A stretch of DNA of 64,000 nucleotides from Felis catus (Eukaryota): contig NC_058368.1 in NCBI RefSeq assembly GCF_018350175.1, forward strand, positions 11,780,001-11,844,000, written 5' to 3'. Of this stretch, positions 26,240-39,134 are shown piece after piece. Under the pieces are notes generated by a model that saw only the letters and a program-made list of their open reading frames with translations, searched no databases and was not told the DNA's origin. Within the stretch, counting starts at the first letter, position 1, and each line of letters begins with the position of its first letter. The position numbers were made by a program, and so were the translations under genes.

Positions 26240-26745
26240 AGTGAAAGGTTCCCAGAAATTCTTGGTTTATGGTCCCCTTTGTGTTTTGTCACTTTTTTCA
26301 TAGAGCCAAAAAATGATAACCTAATAGTTCCGTTTCAGTACTCAATAACTTAAGTATTTATGGCTTAGGAATTACATATACATTGAAAGAAAAAATATAT
26401 ATTTTTAAATTCTTAAATAATGAAAGTTATTTACTAATGGGATATATTTGCCTGTTAGGATGGGATTGGACACTCCCACCTCATTTCCTACTTCTCACTG
26501 CAGTACTTTTTTATCTCATCACCTGCCCCCAAAGCCAGTTTCTCATTGATGTGGTACCTTCAGAAGGAATGTAGAATGATTTTATGTTGAAACGGAATTA
26601 CCTCGAGCTAGTAGTTTACTTGGTGTCTGACAAATCTTGAGAATCATCACGTTTTATCGCTAATTAAAAATATCCCATAATGCCTGTGACTTTAGCAGTG
26701 GTGTTTTGGGTGTTCTGAGATATCTTGGAGCACCATTTGGTAATG
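26240..26745. mobile_element. Possible hAT-Charlie remnant
   Basis: Resemblance only (acaacttaagtattta-like and aatgaaagttatttactaatggga motifs). Confidence 0.4.
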
Positions 26746-26920
26746 GTAGGTGTAGGTATTTACAGCTTATACAGCAATTAAGCAAATAGTTGCTATCTAC
26801 ATTTCATAGAAGAGAAAATGCAGCCATTTCTGTAGGGTAAGCTATAGGTATTTGTATGAAGCCAATCTACTGAGCTGTCTAGTTGCATCTCAGAAGACAG
26901 TCTCTATTCTGAAGTTTACT

Positions 26921-27134
26921 TTGGCATCTGGGTGGCTCAGTCGGTTAAGCGTCTGACTTCGGCCCAGGTCATGATCTCGCGGTTTGTGAATTCGAGCCCC
27001 ATGTTGGGCTCTGTGCTGACAGCTCAGAGCCTGGAGCCTGCTTTGGATTCTGTGTCTCCCCATCTCTCGGCCCCTCCCATGCTCATGCTCCGTCTCTCTC
27101 TCTCTGTCTCTCAATAATAAATGTAAAAAAAAAA
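26921..27134 (+). mobile_element. Can-SINE
   Basis: TSD tgaagttta. Confidence 0.95.
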
Positions 27135-29765
27135 TTGAAGTTTATTTCTCATAGCTATTTTTTTTTAAAGTACTTAATTTTCTGTGAGTTTTTGTACCCT
27201 TTTTAGAGAAGAAAACTTAGGTTTGCTAGGCGTTTGAAAAGAAATACCTTCTTTCAAAGTGAAAGATAGCAAAACCACTTTTTGTATTGGTGTTCTTTCT
27301 TTTGTTTTTCCTGGGAAAATACATAAAAGATCAAAAGTTAATTTTCAAGTTAGTGAGTAATTGTATAAACGGATTTGTGAGGAACAGATCATATTTAACT
27401 AACGTTGTTGGAGAGCTGAATAGTAAGAATTGCAGATAATTATATGATAGTATAAGGTAATAAAATTGTAGTGTTTCAGACCTGGACAAGATCTAAGGTG
27501 GGATGAGGGTGGAGATGAGGGTTGGTTCATCTAATGGAATTCACTGGGTCATGTAATTCTTCTGTATCTTTTAGGATCTTCCAGTGGGAGGTGATGGAAG
27601 GAAGGAAGAAGGAGGACTGGTTAGAGAGAGATTGTGATTTTATTCTTGTTAAAGGCAGTTCAGAATATTTACACTCTTGGCTCCTGCCACGGTCTACAAC
27701 CTTGAACATCTTTTGTCTAGTCTTCATTTAAAAGTTCAGTTTTAAGAAAAAAATGTTAAGGAAAGCTCAAAGGATAGGCAGTCCATAATATCTGTCGATT
27801 ACTGGTTTGTTTTCCGTCTTTAAAAAATGCTTTTTAAAAATACTTTATTACAAGTACTTGAAATAACATATCTTATAAGAGAACTATTTTTCATTCAAAG
27901 TTCAAATCAAGTCTGTATTCCATTTTTACATGCTTGACAGTGGCAATAATTTTGAATTCTATATTTCCCGTTAATTTAGTTTTGTGCATATTTTTCCATC
28001 TCTCTAGAAGTGCTTTTATTTTTGGTATATGTTATGGTGGTACTTGTTTTATGAAAATGTTGTCCTTATATCCGTGTGTGTGTGTGTGTGTGTGTGTTTG
28101 CGTGCACGCATGCACAGACTTGAGAATAATACTTTTCTCGCTTAGCATTAGTATGGATGAGCTTGATAGAGCTTATTTATTGTACTGACTGCATAATCTT
28201 CTGTGGGAAGATTTGGCACGTTTCATTTAGCTGTTTCCTTGTCGATGTCAGGTTTTTCCCATGTTTTTTTTTTCCCCCACTATAAACAGTGCTAAGATAA
28301 ATATTCTTGTACAATTTATATTGACATTTTTATTACGGTGAGATAGAATGGGAAGAGGAGGATTACTGGGTTGAAGGGAATGTGTTGTTAAAATTTAATA
28401 GATATTATGCATACATTTCTTTTTAGAAAGGCTGTAATAATTTACATTTCCAAAAACACTGACAGATCAGTGGTTTTCATATTGTTCCCCGGGGACTTCC
28501 TTGACAAGAAGAGTTGGGGGCATTGGGGTACTGATCACCCAGTTCAACTGGAGAGCTTTTAATCTGTTCACTGTATTTGATGTTGTTGGAACATTTTGGT
28601 TAGAAGAATGAGTTTCATCATTAAAATAAGTTTGAAGAATCACTGCCCTGTGTAATCAGATTTTTCTTTTAGATCAAATCAGCCATTGAGATCACTAACT
28701 TTTTGGATGCTTGTGTTGGCTCCCAATTCCCATGGAATTGTTTTTATTGAACCATATTTTAAATACTTTGAATTGTACTTTGGCTTGCATTGAAGGATAA
28801 AAAGAAGTAAATAAAACTCATTTCTGTGCTTATTCTAGATATGGTGCAGGGTTATCCTTTGTATTACTCACTGATCTCCTGAGGGTTCAGTGAGGACTCA
28901 AGTGTCAGAAAAAGTTTCACTTCCCTTGAGCAAGTTTTAGGTTTTTAACTCTTGGACAGTGTTAACCTTACAGTTGATATTTCTGTTTGATTTATTCATC
29001 TTATGCTTTTTGAAGATAGTTTGTTAGAGACTTATTTGTTATATACCATAACTATAAAGCTCCATACTTTGTTTTTGAAATAAATAAAACCAAGAGGTTA
29101 GGTATGCTACTGTGGCCGTTTCCAGTCATATAACCATGTAAGCAGCTGAGGTGTCATTCCAGTTCTCTCATACAGGACCTTTCTGATCCTGGGTAAATCA
29201 GTCAACCTCTCTTGACCTAGGTTTCTTCATTTGTTAAATAGGAATGATAATAAAATAACAGTTAATGATTTATCAAAAACATCTTTCAGTACATTCAGTG
29301 ACTGGTTTCATAGGTTTTTAAAGGGTTTTGTGATGAAAGAAAAAAAAAAAAGAAACCAAAGTGCAGCCCATTAAAATTAAATACGTGGGGGCTAGGAGAA
29401 ATGTGGCTCAAATCTGGAGCTTTCAGATGTTGTTTACCCACTTAAAAATATATAAATAAGTGTATATTTTCTGGTCAGATTTTGTATTTCTCCCTGATTC
29501 AGTCTTGGAAGAGTGTATGTTTCTAGGAATTTATACAATCTTCTTAGTTAGTAACCCAATTAAAATATTAAAGCATTCCTTAACTTTTCTTTTCTGGGTC
29601 TTTAGCCTTCTAGTATTATAAGCTGTGTACTTTCTCTCTAGAAAACACATTTTCACATATATGCAAACTTCATGGACTCTCTTACATGACTACATGCCTC
29701 ATAGACCTCTTAAAGCCCATTTTTATGGGTTTCCTTTTTGGAAGTTCAATTTAAGAACTGATCTG

Positions 29766-30026
29766 GAGTGGTGGTTCTCAATCTAGAATGACTTTGCCCT
29801 GCAGGGATATTTGGTAATACTTGGAAACATTTTTGGTTTTATGTAAAACTACGGGTCATGGTGGGGTGCGTGTGTGTTTATGTTTATATGCTACTGGTGT
29901 CTGGTGGGCCAAGGCCAGGGATGTGGCTAACCATCTTGGAATGCGTAGGAACACTCATATGCTCACCCACAGCAAAGAATTCTGAGCAAAAACATCAACC
30001 AGTGGTGCTTTGGTTGAGAATCCCTG
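29766..30026. mobile_element. MER20 DNA transposon
   Basis: gtggttctcaa...gactttgccc...gctactgg...ggccagggatg...ggttgagaatccctg. Confidence 0.85.
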
Positions 30027-30169
30027 ATCTAGAGGAAGAGATGAATCGGATTTCTTTCAAAAATCTTTCATAATCCTTGAAATCTAACCGGGCTTCTTTG
30101 CTGACAGTTGGGTAGGATATTGTTAAGGTTGTATTCTCTGGACCTTACTCTATCTTGAATATTCTGCCT

Positions 30170-30455
30170 TTGGTGTTTGCATAGTTTATTATTTTTCAGG
30201 TTTCTGTTTAAATGTCACTTCATTCAAGAGTCCTTTTTTGTCTTTGCAATCTAAAACAGCTCCCTTCTCCACTTACCCTTAGTTTTATTAACATTTCACA
30301 TTACCTAACACACACGCTTATTTGTTGTCTTTCTCCCTTCAACTTTAAGTTCCACGAGAGTATGCTTCTTTGTCTTTATTGCTATATCTCCCCTAGCTCA
30401 AACAGTGCTGTGGTATAATAAATGTTCAAATATTTGTTGTTAAAAGAATGAATGG
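30170..30455 (+). mobile_element. L2 3' end
   Basis: taagttccacgagag...aaatatttgttg...gaatgaatg. Confidence 0.7.
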
Positions 30456-30631
30456 CATGAGTCTGGTATTGTGGCAAGTTTGTGTTATTTTAGCAAAGCT
30501 CTATGTTGTAGAGATCAAATGAGCGGATGGTAAGGTTGACAACCTTTTGTGAAAATTAAGGGCTCACCCAGGTGTAGAATAACCTAAGAGCCTATCTGAG
30601 GGCTAAGCAAGGATTAAAAAGAAATAGTTCT

Positions 30632-30845
30632 GGGGGGCCTGGGTTGCTCAGTCAGTTAAGCGTCCTACTCTTGATTTCAGTTCAGGACATTATTTCTTGT
30701 TTCTTGAGATTGAGCCCCATGTCAGCGTGGAGCTTTCTTGGAATTCTGTTTCCTCTTTCTCTGCCTCTTCCTCCCTCGCTTGTTCATGCTCTCTCTCTCC
30801 CTCTCTCACAATAAAGAAACGAACCTAAAAAGATAAAAAGAAATA
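30632..30845 (+). mobile_element. Can-SINE
   Basis: TSD aaaaagaaatag. Confidence 0.93.
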
Positions 30846-30937
30846 GATTTTTGGCTGCTCTAGAATATTCTGTACTGTTCTTCAAACTTGTTTGACCATG
30901 AGAATTATCTGAGACACTCCTTAAAAATGTGGGATAT

Positions 30938-31150
30938 GGGGGTGCCTGGGTGACTCAGTCGGTTAAGCTACCGACTTCAGCTCAGGTCATGATCTCCTAG
31001 TTTGTGAGTTCAAGCCCTGCATCGGGCTCTGTGCTGACAGCTCAGAGCTTAAAACCTGCTTCAGATTCTGTGTCTCCCTCTCTCTCTGCCCTCCCCCGAC
31101 TCGCGCTCTGTCTCTCTTTCCTTCAAAAATAAATAAACATTTAAAAACAA
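30938..31150 (+). mobile_element. Can-SINE in a MER5-like element
   Basis: TSD aatgtgg(g/a)atatg. Confidence 0.93.
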
Positions 31151-31224
31151 TGTGGAATATGAAGTCTCTCCCAAATCTACTGAATCAAAATTTCTAGAGG
31201 AGACACCAGGACATTTTTATTAAG

Positions 31225-32240
31225 AACAAATAGGAGAAGTGTAGTCTTTAGATGACACTGGGAGAACTGGGTTTCTACATGCAAAAGAATGAAGGTTGGA
31301 CCCATATCTCAAACAATATATAAAAATTAGCTTAAAGTGGATCAATGGCCCTAAAGAGCTAAAGCCCATAAACTCTTCCAAGAAAACATAGTGGTAAAAT
31401 TTCATGCCCTTGGATTTGGTAATAAATTCTTGGCTGTGATACCATCAGCAAAAGCAGTAAAAGAAACAAAATGGATAAATTTGGCTTCATAAAAATTAAA
31501 AACTTGTGCATCAAAGGTCATTATTAAGAAAGGGAAAAGACAATACAGAATGGGAGAAAATATTTATAAATCATATATCTGATAAGGATTTAATATCCAG
31601 AATATATAAAGGATGCCTGCAGCTCAACAGCAAAAGGACAAATAACCTACTTTCAAAATCGGCAAAGGACTTGAATAGACATTTCTTCAAAGAATCCATA
31701 AAATCCTAAGTATATACCAAAAAATTGAAAACAGGGCCTTGAAGAGATATTGGTACACCCATGTTTATAGTAGTGTTTATAATAGCTATAAGTGGAGACA
31801 ACCTAAGTGGAAACAATCCATTAACAGATGAATGAATAAAGTGTCATATGTGTTCAATGGAATGTTATTCCATCATAAAAAGTAGTGAGGGCATGATAGT
31901 TGATACAGCATGAATGGATCTTGGAGATATTCTGAGTGAAATAAGCCAGGCACAAAAGGACAAATACTGTATGGTTACACTTAGATGAGATACTTAGAAT
32001 AGGCAAATTGATAGAGATAGAAAGTAGATTAGAGGTTACTAGGGGCTGGGAGAAGACAGAGTGGGGGGGGTTATTACTTAATGGTTATAGAGTTTCTTTT
32101 TAGGGTTATGAAAAGTTTCAGGAATAGATAATGGTGAAGGCTGCTCAACATTGTGAGTATAATCAGCGCCACTGAATTCTACATTAAAAATGGCAAAAAT
32201 GGCAAATTTCACTTTATATATATTTTACCACAATAAAAAG
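31225..32240 (+). mobile_element. L1MB-type ORF2 end and 3'UTR
   Basis: WEKIFINHISDKDLISRIYK; ends attttaccacaataaaaa. Confidence 0.88.
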
Positions 32241-32272
32241 TACCAATAGTAAAAGCTGTTGAATTGTGTACT

Positions 32273-32492
32273 CTATTATTATTTTTTAAATGTATGTTTA
32301 TTTTTGAGAGAGAGAAAGAGCATGAGCTGGAGAGAGGCAGAGAGAGAGAGAGGGGAGACACAGAATCTGAATCAGGCTCCAGACCCTGAGCCGTCAACAC
32401 AGAGCCCGACGCTGGACTTGAACTCACAGATTGTGAGATCATGACCTGAGCTAAAGTTGGACGCTTAACCATCTGAGCCACCCAGGCACCCC
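32273..32492 (-). mobile_element. Can-SINE 1 of tandem trio
   Basis: TSD ttgaattgtgtact. Confidence 0.95.
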
Positions 32493-32506
32493 TTGAATTG
32501 TGTACT

Positions 32507-32762
32507 TTATTTTTTTTTATTTTTTATTTAAAAAAAAAAATTTTTTTTTTTTTTTTTAACATTTATTTACTGTTGAGAGACAGAGAGATACAGAGCATGA
32601 GCAGGAATGGGGCAGAGAGAGGGGGAGACACAAAATCCGAAGCAGGCTCCGGGCCCTGAGCTGCCAGCACAGAGCCCAACGCGGGGCCTGAACTCAGAAG
32701 CTGCGAGATCATGACTTGAGCTGAAGTCAGATGCTCAACTGACTGACCCACCCAGGCGCCCC
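32507..32762 (-). mobile_element. Can-SINE 2 of tandem trio
   Basis: TSD ttgaattgtgtacttta. Confidence 0.95.
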
Positions 32763-32780
32763 TTGAATTGTGTACTTTAA

Positions 32781-32997
32781 ATTTTTTTTTAACGTTTATT
32801 TTTTTATTTTTGAGACAGAGAGAGACAGAGCATGAACGGGGGAGGGGCAGAGAGAGAGGGAGACACAGAATTGGAAGCAGGCTCCAGGCTCTGAGCCATC
32901 AGCCCAGAGCCCGACGCGGGGCTCGAACTCACGGACCGTGAGATCGTGGCCTGAGCTGAAGTCGGACGCTTAACCGACTGAGCCACCCGGGCGCCCC
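32781..32997 (-). mobile_element. Can-SINE 3 of tandem trio (youngest type)
   Basis: TSD gaattgtgtactttaaa. Confidence 0.95.
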
Positions 32998-35067
32998 GAA
33001 TTGTGTACTTTAAATAGTGAATTGTCTGGTATGTGAATTATATCCCCATAAACTTGTTTAAGAAAACAAACAAAAACAAGCATTCATGTTTGGGCAGTAA
33101 TGCCAAAGAACAAAACCGGGTTGATTTTAGCTAGGAAGTGTATTAGGTAGTTGTTGGCAATTATCTGTCATAAACAGAAAAATCTTTGTAATTCTCTCAT
33201 GGAATAAGCAGCAGTTTCCTCATCAGGGTGATGCAGCTGCAAATATAATACACCTAAATAGGTAAAGAAACTTTTGGACATTAATACAGTTGAAAATAAC
33301 TGAAAAAAGTGATATTAATCAGTGAGACTAGATTAAAACGCTTGTGCATACCTTCAAAGTTTATATATTTAGGAATATCTTCAAATATTTATGTACTGTG
33401 TTGGTTTTGGTATGTTTTCCCATTATAGGGAAATTTACTGAGAAAGTTATCAAATTACACTTCTTGGTGGACTTGACATCCAGGTTTATCTTCCAGTCAT
33501 CCTTCTCCCAATTTAGTCATTATACTTCCATCTACAAGGTACATAACTTAAAACATTTTTTAAAATTTTGTGGTAAAGATGGTTAATACAATAGAAAACA
33601 GGAGAGAAGTATGGTTTAGTGGGAAGAAAAAGGTTAAGACAGCAGTATAATGACCAGTGTTTAATTAACAACCTTGCCTTAAAGGTTATGTAGTTACTGT
33701 ACTTACACTTAAAAATTTTTAATTCTCAAGAAAATTTGTAACTTGTTAATAACTAGACTTTAGTCATCATTTCACAATACATACATATACTGAATCATTA
33801 TATTGTACACCTGAAATTAATATGATGTGTTATGTCAATTCTGTCTCAGAAGTTTAAAAAAATTTAAAATGTGGGACCAGTTTTATTATGTTTGAAGTTA
33901 TATGGGATCTAGGTGTTTGACAAGATTGTTTAGATTTATTGTGTTATGAAGAAAACTGTGTTCTTTAACGTATTTTAAAGTGATAATATTTTGTACCCAT
34001 AGATGCAAAATAAAAAAAAAGGCTGAAAATCCTGATGCAAAATTGCCTTTGTTTTTTACAAGCAGAAGATTATGAGTCGAGAATCCCTAAGTCTTTCTGT
34101 ATTAAGCAGTCTAGTACAGCTTCAAGTGCAGATAAAGTATCTGTAAGGCTGTTTCCTTCCTGTTTAACAAAAAATTGAAAGTTGTTTTCAATTTTGCTAA
34201 ATTTATTTCTGTTAGAAGTCAGTACTACCTTCAAGGGCCTACATCTTGAAGGAGAAAACCTGAACTCTAATGTTCAATGTTGAAAAGTTTGATTACGATG
34301 CTGGAAATAAATGGAGACTAACTATGCTTGTATGATATTTGGATTGTTGTTGTTTTGCTAATGTTCTGTTTTATCCATTATTTTGAAAAGTGTGATTTTG
34401 CAGAATGAGATTTTTCTAGAAATGCACATATAACAGATACCTGTACTTTTTTTTTTTTTTTTCAGGTCTAGCATATTTTTGTGCTTTTTCTAATTGCTCA
34501 GTGTTTCCTCTGCCTCATAGCCATTTTGAATCCTAGAATCCATACCTCGCTATCTTCCTGTCTTCCACAGCTTGAATTCCAACTTTGTGATGTGCTGCTG
34601 CTGATTTTCTCTACCATCTTTGACAGAATGAGTTGTTCTCTTTTGTGTTTCCTTGAAAACACTTAGGTCTATAAGCCAGTGGTTTTTAGCAAATTTAGAG
34701 TGTATAACCATTGTCCTCCAAAGATTGCTGGTGTCCATTTGTGGTTACTCCTTTCTCAACCCCAGTGCCAGATGACAGCTCGTCTATTTGCTTTTTATGG
34801 ATGTTTCCTGTAAGTGTAATCTATGCAATACATAGTTTTTTGTGTCTTGCTTTTCTTATTTGTGGAATATTTTTGAGGTTCATCCATGTTGTATCATATT
34901 TCAGTACTTTGTTCCATTTCATTCCTAACTAGCTTTCCCTTGTATGGGTATACCACATTTTGTTTATCCATTCATCAATTAATAGATGTTTGGGTTGTCT
35001 CTACTTTTTGGCCATTAAGTTGCATTGTTATTTAACTTTGCATATAAAAATCCTCATGTAACCTTTT

Positions 35068-35277
35068 TTAATGTTTGTTTATTTTTGTGAGGGAGAGAGA
35101 GACACTGAGTGTGAGTGGGGGAGGGGCCGAGAGAAGGAGAAAGACACAGAATCTGAAGCAGGCTCCTGGTTCCAAGCTGTCAGCACAGAGCCCAACGTGG
35201 GACTTGAACCCACGAACCATGAGATCATGACCTGAACCAAAGTTGGATGCTTAACTGACTGAGCCACCCAGGTGCTC
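35068..35277 (-). mobile_element. Can-SINE
   Basis: TSD catg(t/g)aacctttttt. Confidence 0.95.
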
Positions 35278-35580
35278 CATGGAACCTTTTTTAAGTGTGG
35301 GTGTTTGGGCCTGAAGATTAGGAGATTCAAGTGTGCTCCAAAAATTGGGAGCCATGAGGTTAAGGGAATAGGCTTTGGGAATCAGATATGGATTAGTTCC
35401 AGTTTAGTTGCTGGATAACTTCAGCATAGTTAATCTCTTTGACCCTCAGTTTCCTCATTTATAAAATGGGCGTAATTATGTAATTCATCTCATTATTAAG
35501 AATTATTTCTTGAGCTTAGTTCTCGCTTTTTTGCCTATCACTGTTACTTAGATATACAGCAGTGAACAAAATTATATACA

Positions 35581-35803
35581 TTTTTTTTAAATTTTTTTTT
35601 TCAACGTTTATTTATTTTTGGGACAGAGAGAGACAGCATGAACGGGGGAGGGGCAGAGAGAGAGGGAGACACAGAATCGGAAACAGGCTCCAGGCTCTGA
35701 GCCATCAGCCCAGAGCCTGACGCGGGGCTCGAACTCACAGACCGCGAGATCGGGACCTGGCTGAAGTCGGACGCTTAACCGACTGCACCACCCAGGCGCC
35801 CCC
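35581..35803 (-). mobile_element. Young feline Can-SINE
   Basis: TSD caaaattatat. Confidence 0.96.
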
Positions 35804-37980
35804 AAAATTATATTCTTATTCTCATATGAATAAGAATGTTCATGAAAGTTCAGAAGGGGATATAGACATTAGAAGATAAACACCTATACTTATGATAAAT
35901 TCTTTGAAGGAAAAGTACAGGGGTAGTGTTGAGAGCATATAGTAGAGATTTAATTTAGTTTGGGCAGACTTGGGAAAGCGTACCTGAGGAATTGACACAT
36001 GAGATTTGAAAAATCAGTGTTAGCCAGGCATGAGGGGAAGAGGTGACAGGAGGAAAAAGGTTTGAGGCAGAAAGAATAGCACACACTGAGACAGAAAGAT
36101 CTTGGTTTGGTGCCTTTAAGGAGTAGCGGTGTGATAGGAGTATGGTGATTAAAGTGGTCAGATTAATATATTTGGAACTTATTTTAAGGGTACTGGGAAT
36201 CTATTTAAGAATTTTAAGGCAACGATATGAGGAGATTACTGTACTAAGAAGATCATTTCTGGCTGCTGTATGAAGAACAAATTGGAGGTGGCTTAGATTA
36301 GGTTGTGGTGAAATGATGGCTAAATGAGGGTGGATTTCATTTATCTTTTACAAGTAGCATTCACAGGACTTGGTTGGTCTTAAATGTTGAAAGGGTCACT
36401 CCCAGTTTCTTGGGGAGGAACAAATTGGGTACACTAAGGCACCATATACAGAGAGAAGATAGAAGGTGGGTTATTTTGGAAGGGGAAGAAGTTGGAAGAT
36501 AGCTTGTTTAATTTGGGGGATTTTAAGTTCAAGATGCCTTTGCGAATAAACCAAGTAGAAATGTCAACTGGTTGTATATGTGAACTAGCTTTTATAAGAG
36601 ATCTGTTGGTAGGGTATGTATTATTTGAAAGTCTTTGGAGTAGGTTTTAAAAAGCTTATGGCAAAAGTCTGGAGAAAAACATATAGACTAAAAAGTGAGT
36701 AAAAGGGTCAGGATTGAATTCTGATGAATTACTAATATTTAGAGGCTGGGTAGAAAAGGAGACAACGAAGACAAGAGTGACCAGTAAGGTAGGAGGAAAA
36801 TCAAGAAGAGGTAGAGTAGACTAGGAACCAAAGGAAGAGAGTGTTTCAAGGAGAAGGGTATCATCAACTGTGTGTCTGTACTGCTGAGATCAATTAAATA
36901 AGGGTTAGAAAAGTGTTCATTTGATTCGACAGCATGGAGGTCAGTGATGACTTCTAGTTAGCTTTTATTGCATAACAAATCACCCCACAAGTTAACAGCT
37001 TAAAATAACCACCGTTTATTTGGCTTCCAGTTCTACAGGTTGACAAGTTGAGTTTGGCTTAGCTGGGCAGTAGCTGGGCAGTTCTACTCATCTGGATCAG
37101 CTTTAGTGATCCCTTACCTGGGCTTGCTCATGCATCTACAGGTATGCCTCTGTCATTACCTGTTAGTTTGGCTGTGGCTGGCTTGTTCATGATGATCGTG
37201 GCTGGAAAAACTGGGACCTCTTTCCATACGATCTCTCATTTTCCAGTGTGATGACTTCTGGGCTTGTGCACAGGTTCGGTAGAGTTCCAAAAGCAGCAAG
37301 TCTGTAAACTCCAAGCCAGAAACCCTTGTTAAGCTTGCCAAATGTCCTAGTGGATCAAGTCATAAGTTCATTTCAGATTCAAGGGCTGGAAAAACACTCT
37401 TGATTGGAGGAGCAACAAAGTCACGTTGCAAGGGTGTAGTTACAGAAAAAGGAAAAATCCGTTGCCGTTTTTGAAGCCTGCTACGATGATTATGGCAAAG
37501 GCATTATTGCTGATGATGGGGGGGATGTTGGAAACAAGATTGCTAGTATGAAAAGTGAATGGGAACTGAAGACGTGAAGGTAGAAAATATACTTCTTGAG
37601 AGGCTTGGCTGTGAAAGTAATTTGAGAGAGAAGACAGTAGTAGTTGGAGGGGTATTTGTAGTCTGAGCCAGGTGTGTTGCGGTATTCTTTCCACTGGAGA
37701 ACAGAGTATGTTGAGTGCTGAGAGAAGGGATCGAGTAGACACTGAGGATGCTGAGGCAGAGGAAAGAGGAGACAACTGATCAAGTGAAAGTCTCTGATAA
37801 ACCTGTAGAGGATGGGATTTTGTGTACCTGGGTAGGGATTAGCTTTTGATGTAAGGCTGATATACTTTCTAATAACAGGAAGGAGAAAATGGATATAAAT
37901 GCTGTAGGTAGGCCAGTAGATTTAGTGATAGGACCCTGAAGAGGTTCCTGTTTGATAGAGCTGTTTTCTCAGTGAAATAG
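35804..37980 (-). mobile_element. Long degraded L2, interrupted by an MLT1 LTR (about 36955-37485)
   Basis: Purine-rich L2 motifs (aagatcatttctggctgctgtatg; ggaagagagtgtttcaaggag); MLT1 attgcataacaaatcacccc. Confidence 0.7.
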
Positions 37981-38147
37981 GGGCGTGCAAGAATGTATGC
38001 TTAAGGTTTGATGTTCATAGAGGAATACCTAATTTTATTCCCCCACTGAATGGGACACTGAGCTGATGTAGAGAAATACCAGTCATTTAGTAAATGGGAG
38101 ATACTGTCATTATTAATATAAAAAGTATTACTTTAAAGAGATTTACA

Positions 38148-38372
38148 GGGGCACCTGGTTGGCTCAGTTGGTAAAGCATCCAGCTCTTGATTTCAGTTCA
38201 GGTCATGATCTCATGGTTCATGGGATCGAGCCCTGCGTCTGGCTCTGCACTAACAGCACAGAACCTGCCTGGGATTCTGTCTCTTCTCTCTCTGCCCCTC
38301 CCCCCACTTGCACACATGGGCATTCTCTTTCCCCTTCTCTCTCTTTCTGTCAAAATAAACATTTAATAAAAT
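38148..38372 (+). mobile_element. Can-SINE
   Basis: Head, (CT)n and A tail. Confidence 0.94.
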
Positions 38373-38425
38373 CTAAAAGATTTAACAGAATACTTTATGT
38401 ATTGTTGGAAACTGGTGTTAATTGA

Positions 38426-38607
38426 TGGAGCGCTTCACTGATTCCAGTTGGTTAAGCATCTGACTTCAGCTCAGGTCATGATCTCATGGTTCCTGAGTTC
38501 GAGCCTCCTTCGGGTCCTCTGTGCCCCTCCCCTGCTCATACTTGAGCTTGCTCTCGCTTGCTCGCTGTCTCTCAAAAACAAATAAACATTAAAAAAAAAA
38601 AAAAAAA
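38426..38607 (+). mobile_element. Can-SINE with internal deletion
   Basis: TSD aaactggtg(t/c)ta. Confidence 0.9.
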
Positions 38608-39120
38608 CTGGTGCTAGTCGAGATATTCTATGGCCTAGGGCTCTTTTTCTTTTTGAACCAGTTAAGTTAAACTTTACTCCCTTCTGTAATGTTGATGGTC
38701 CTTAAAAAGCATGTAGGCAAGAAATATGTTTAATCTTTTGTAAATAAACATTACCAAAAATATGAACAGAATGAGTTTGCTGTCTAAAAGGACTTTAAGC
38801 CATTTAAAATTGCTTTGTTTCACCAGAACTCATAGGGATAACTATTAAATAAACTTAATTTGAATTAAAAAAGATTAATTCAAGTTGCTTGGTAGCTTAG
38901 TGGTAACACTGTATATGGAAAACAGCTTTTTGTTTGCATAGTTGGAAAATATGTAAACGTGGCCTTAAGGTTATACACAGGGAAAATTAACATAATTTAT
39001 TTTGTCTTTTATTCTTTTAGAAAGCACTCTTACTAGCTTTTTAATTGTTCCTGGCTTAGAATAAGCCTAACTTCTATTCTCTGTAATCACTCTGGACTGG
39101 AAAGGTTGTCTTTATGGAGG

Positions 39121-39134
39121 GCACCATCTGCTGG
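39121..39134 (-). promoter_or_regulatory. CTCF core motif candidate
   Basis: Minus strand CCAGCAGATGGTGC, 13/14 to CCASYAGRKGGCRS. Confidence 0.5.

Noticed and set aside
32259..33014. Short direct repeats with regular spacing, superficially CRISPR-like
   Set aside because: The repeats are TSDs and the spacers are homologous SINEs in mammalian DNA.
34550..34585. ORF 34481..34666 contains LSSCLPQLEFQL, resembling PDS5B's own downstream LLSVLPQLEFKL
   Set aside because: The similarity does not extend on either side and has no matching exon boundaries; most likely chance. A local alignment to PDS5B cDNA with a significant E-value would reopen it.
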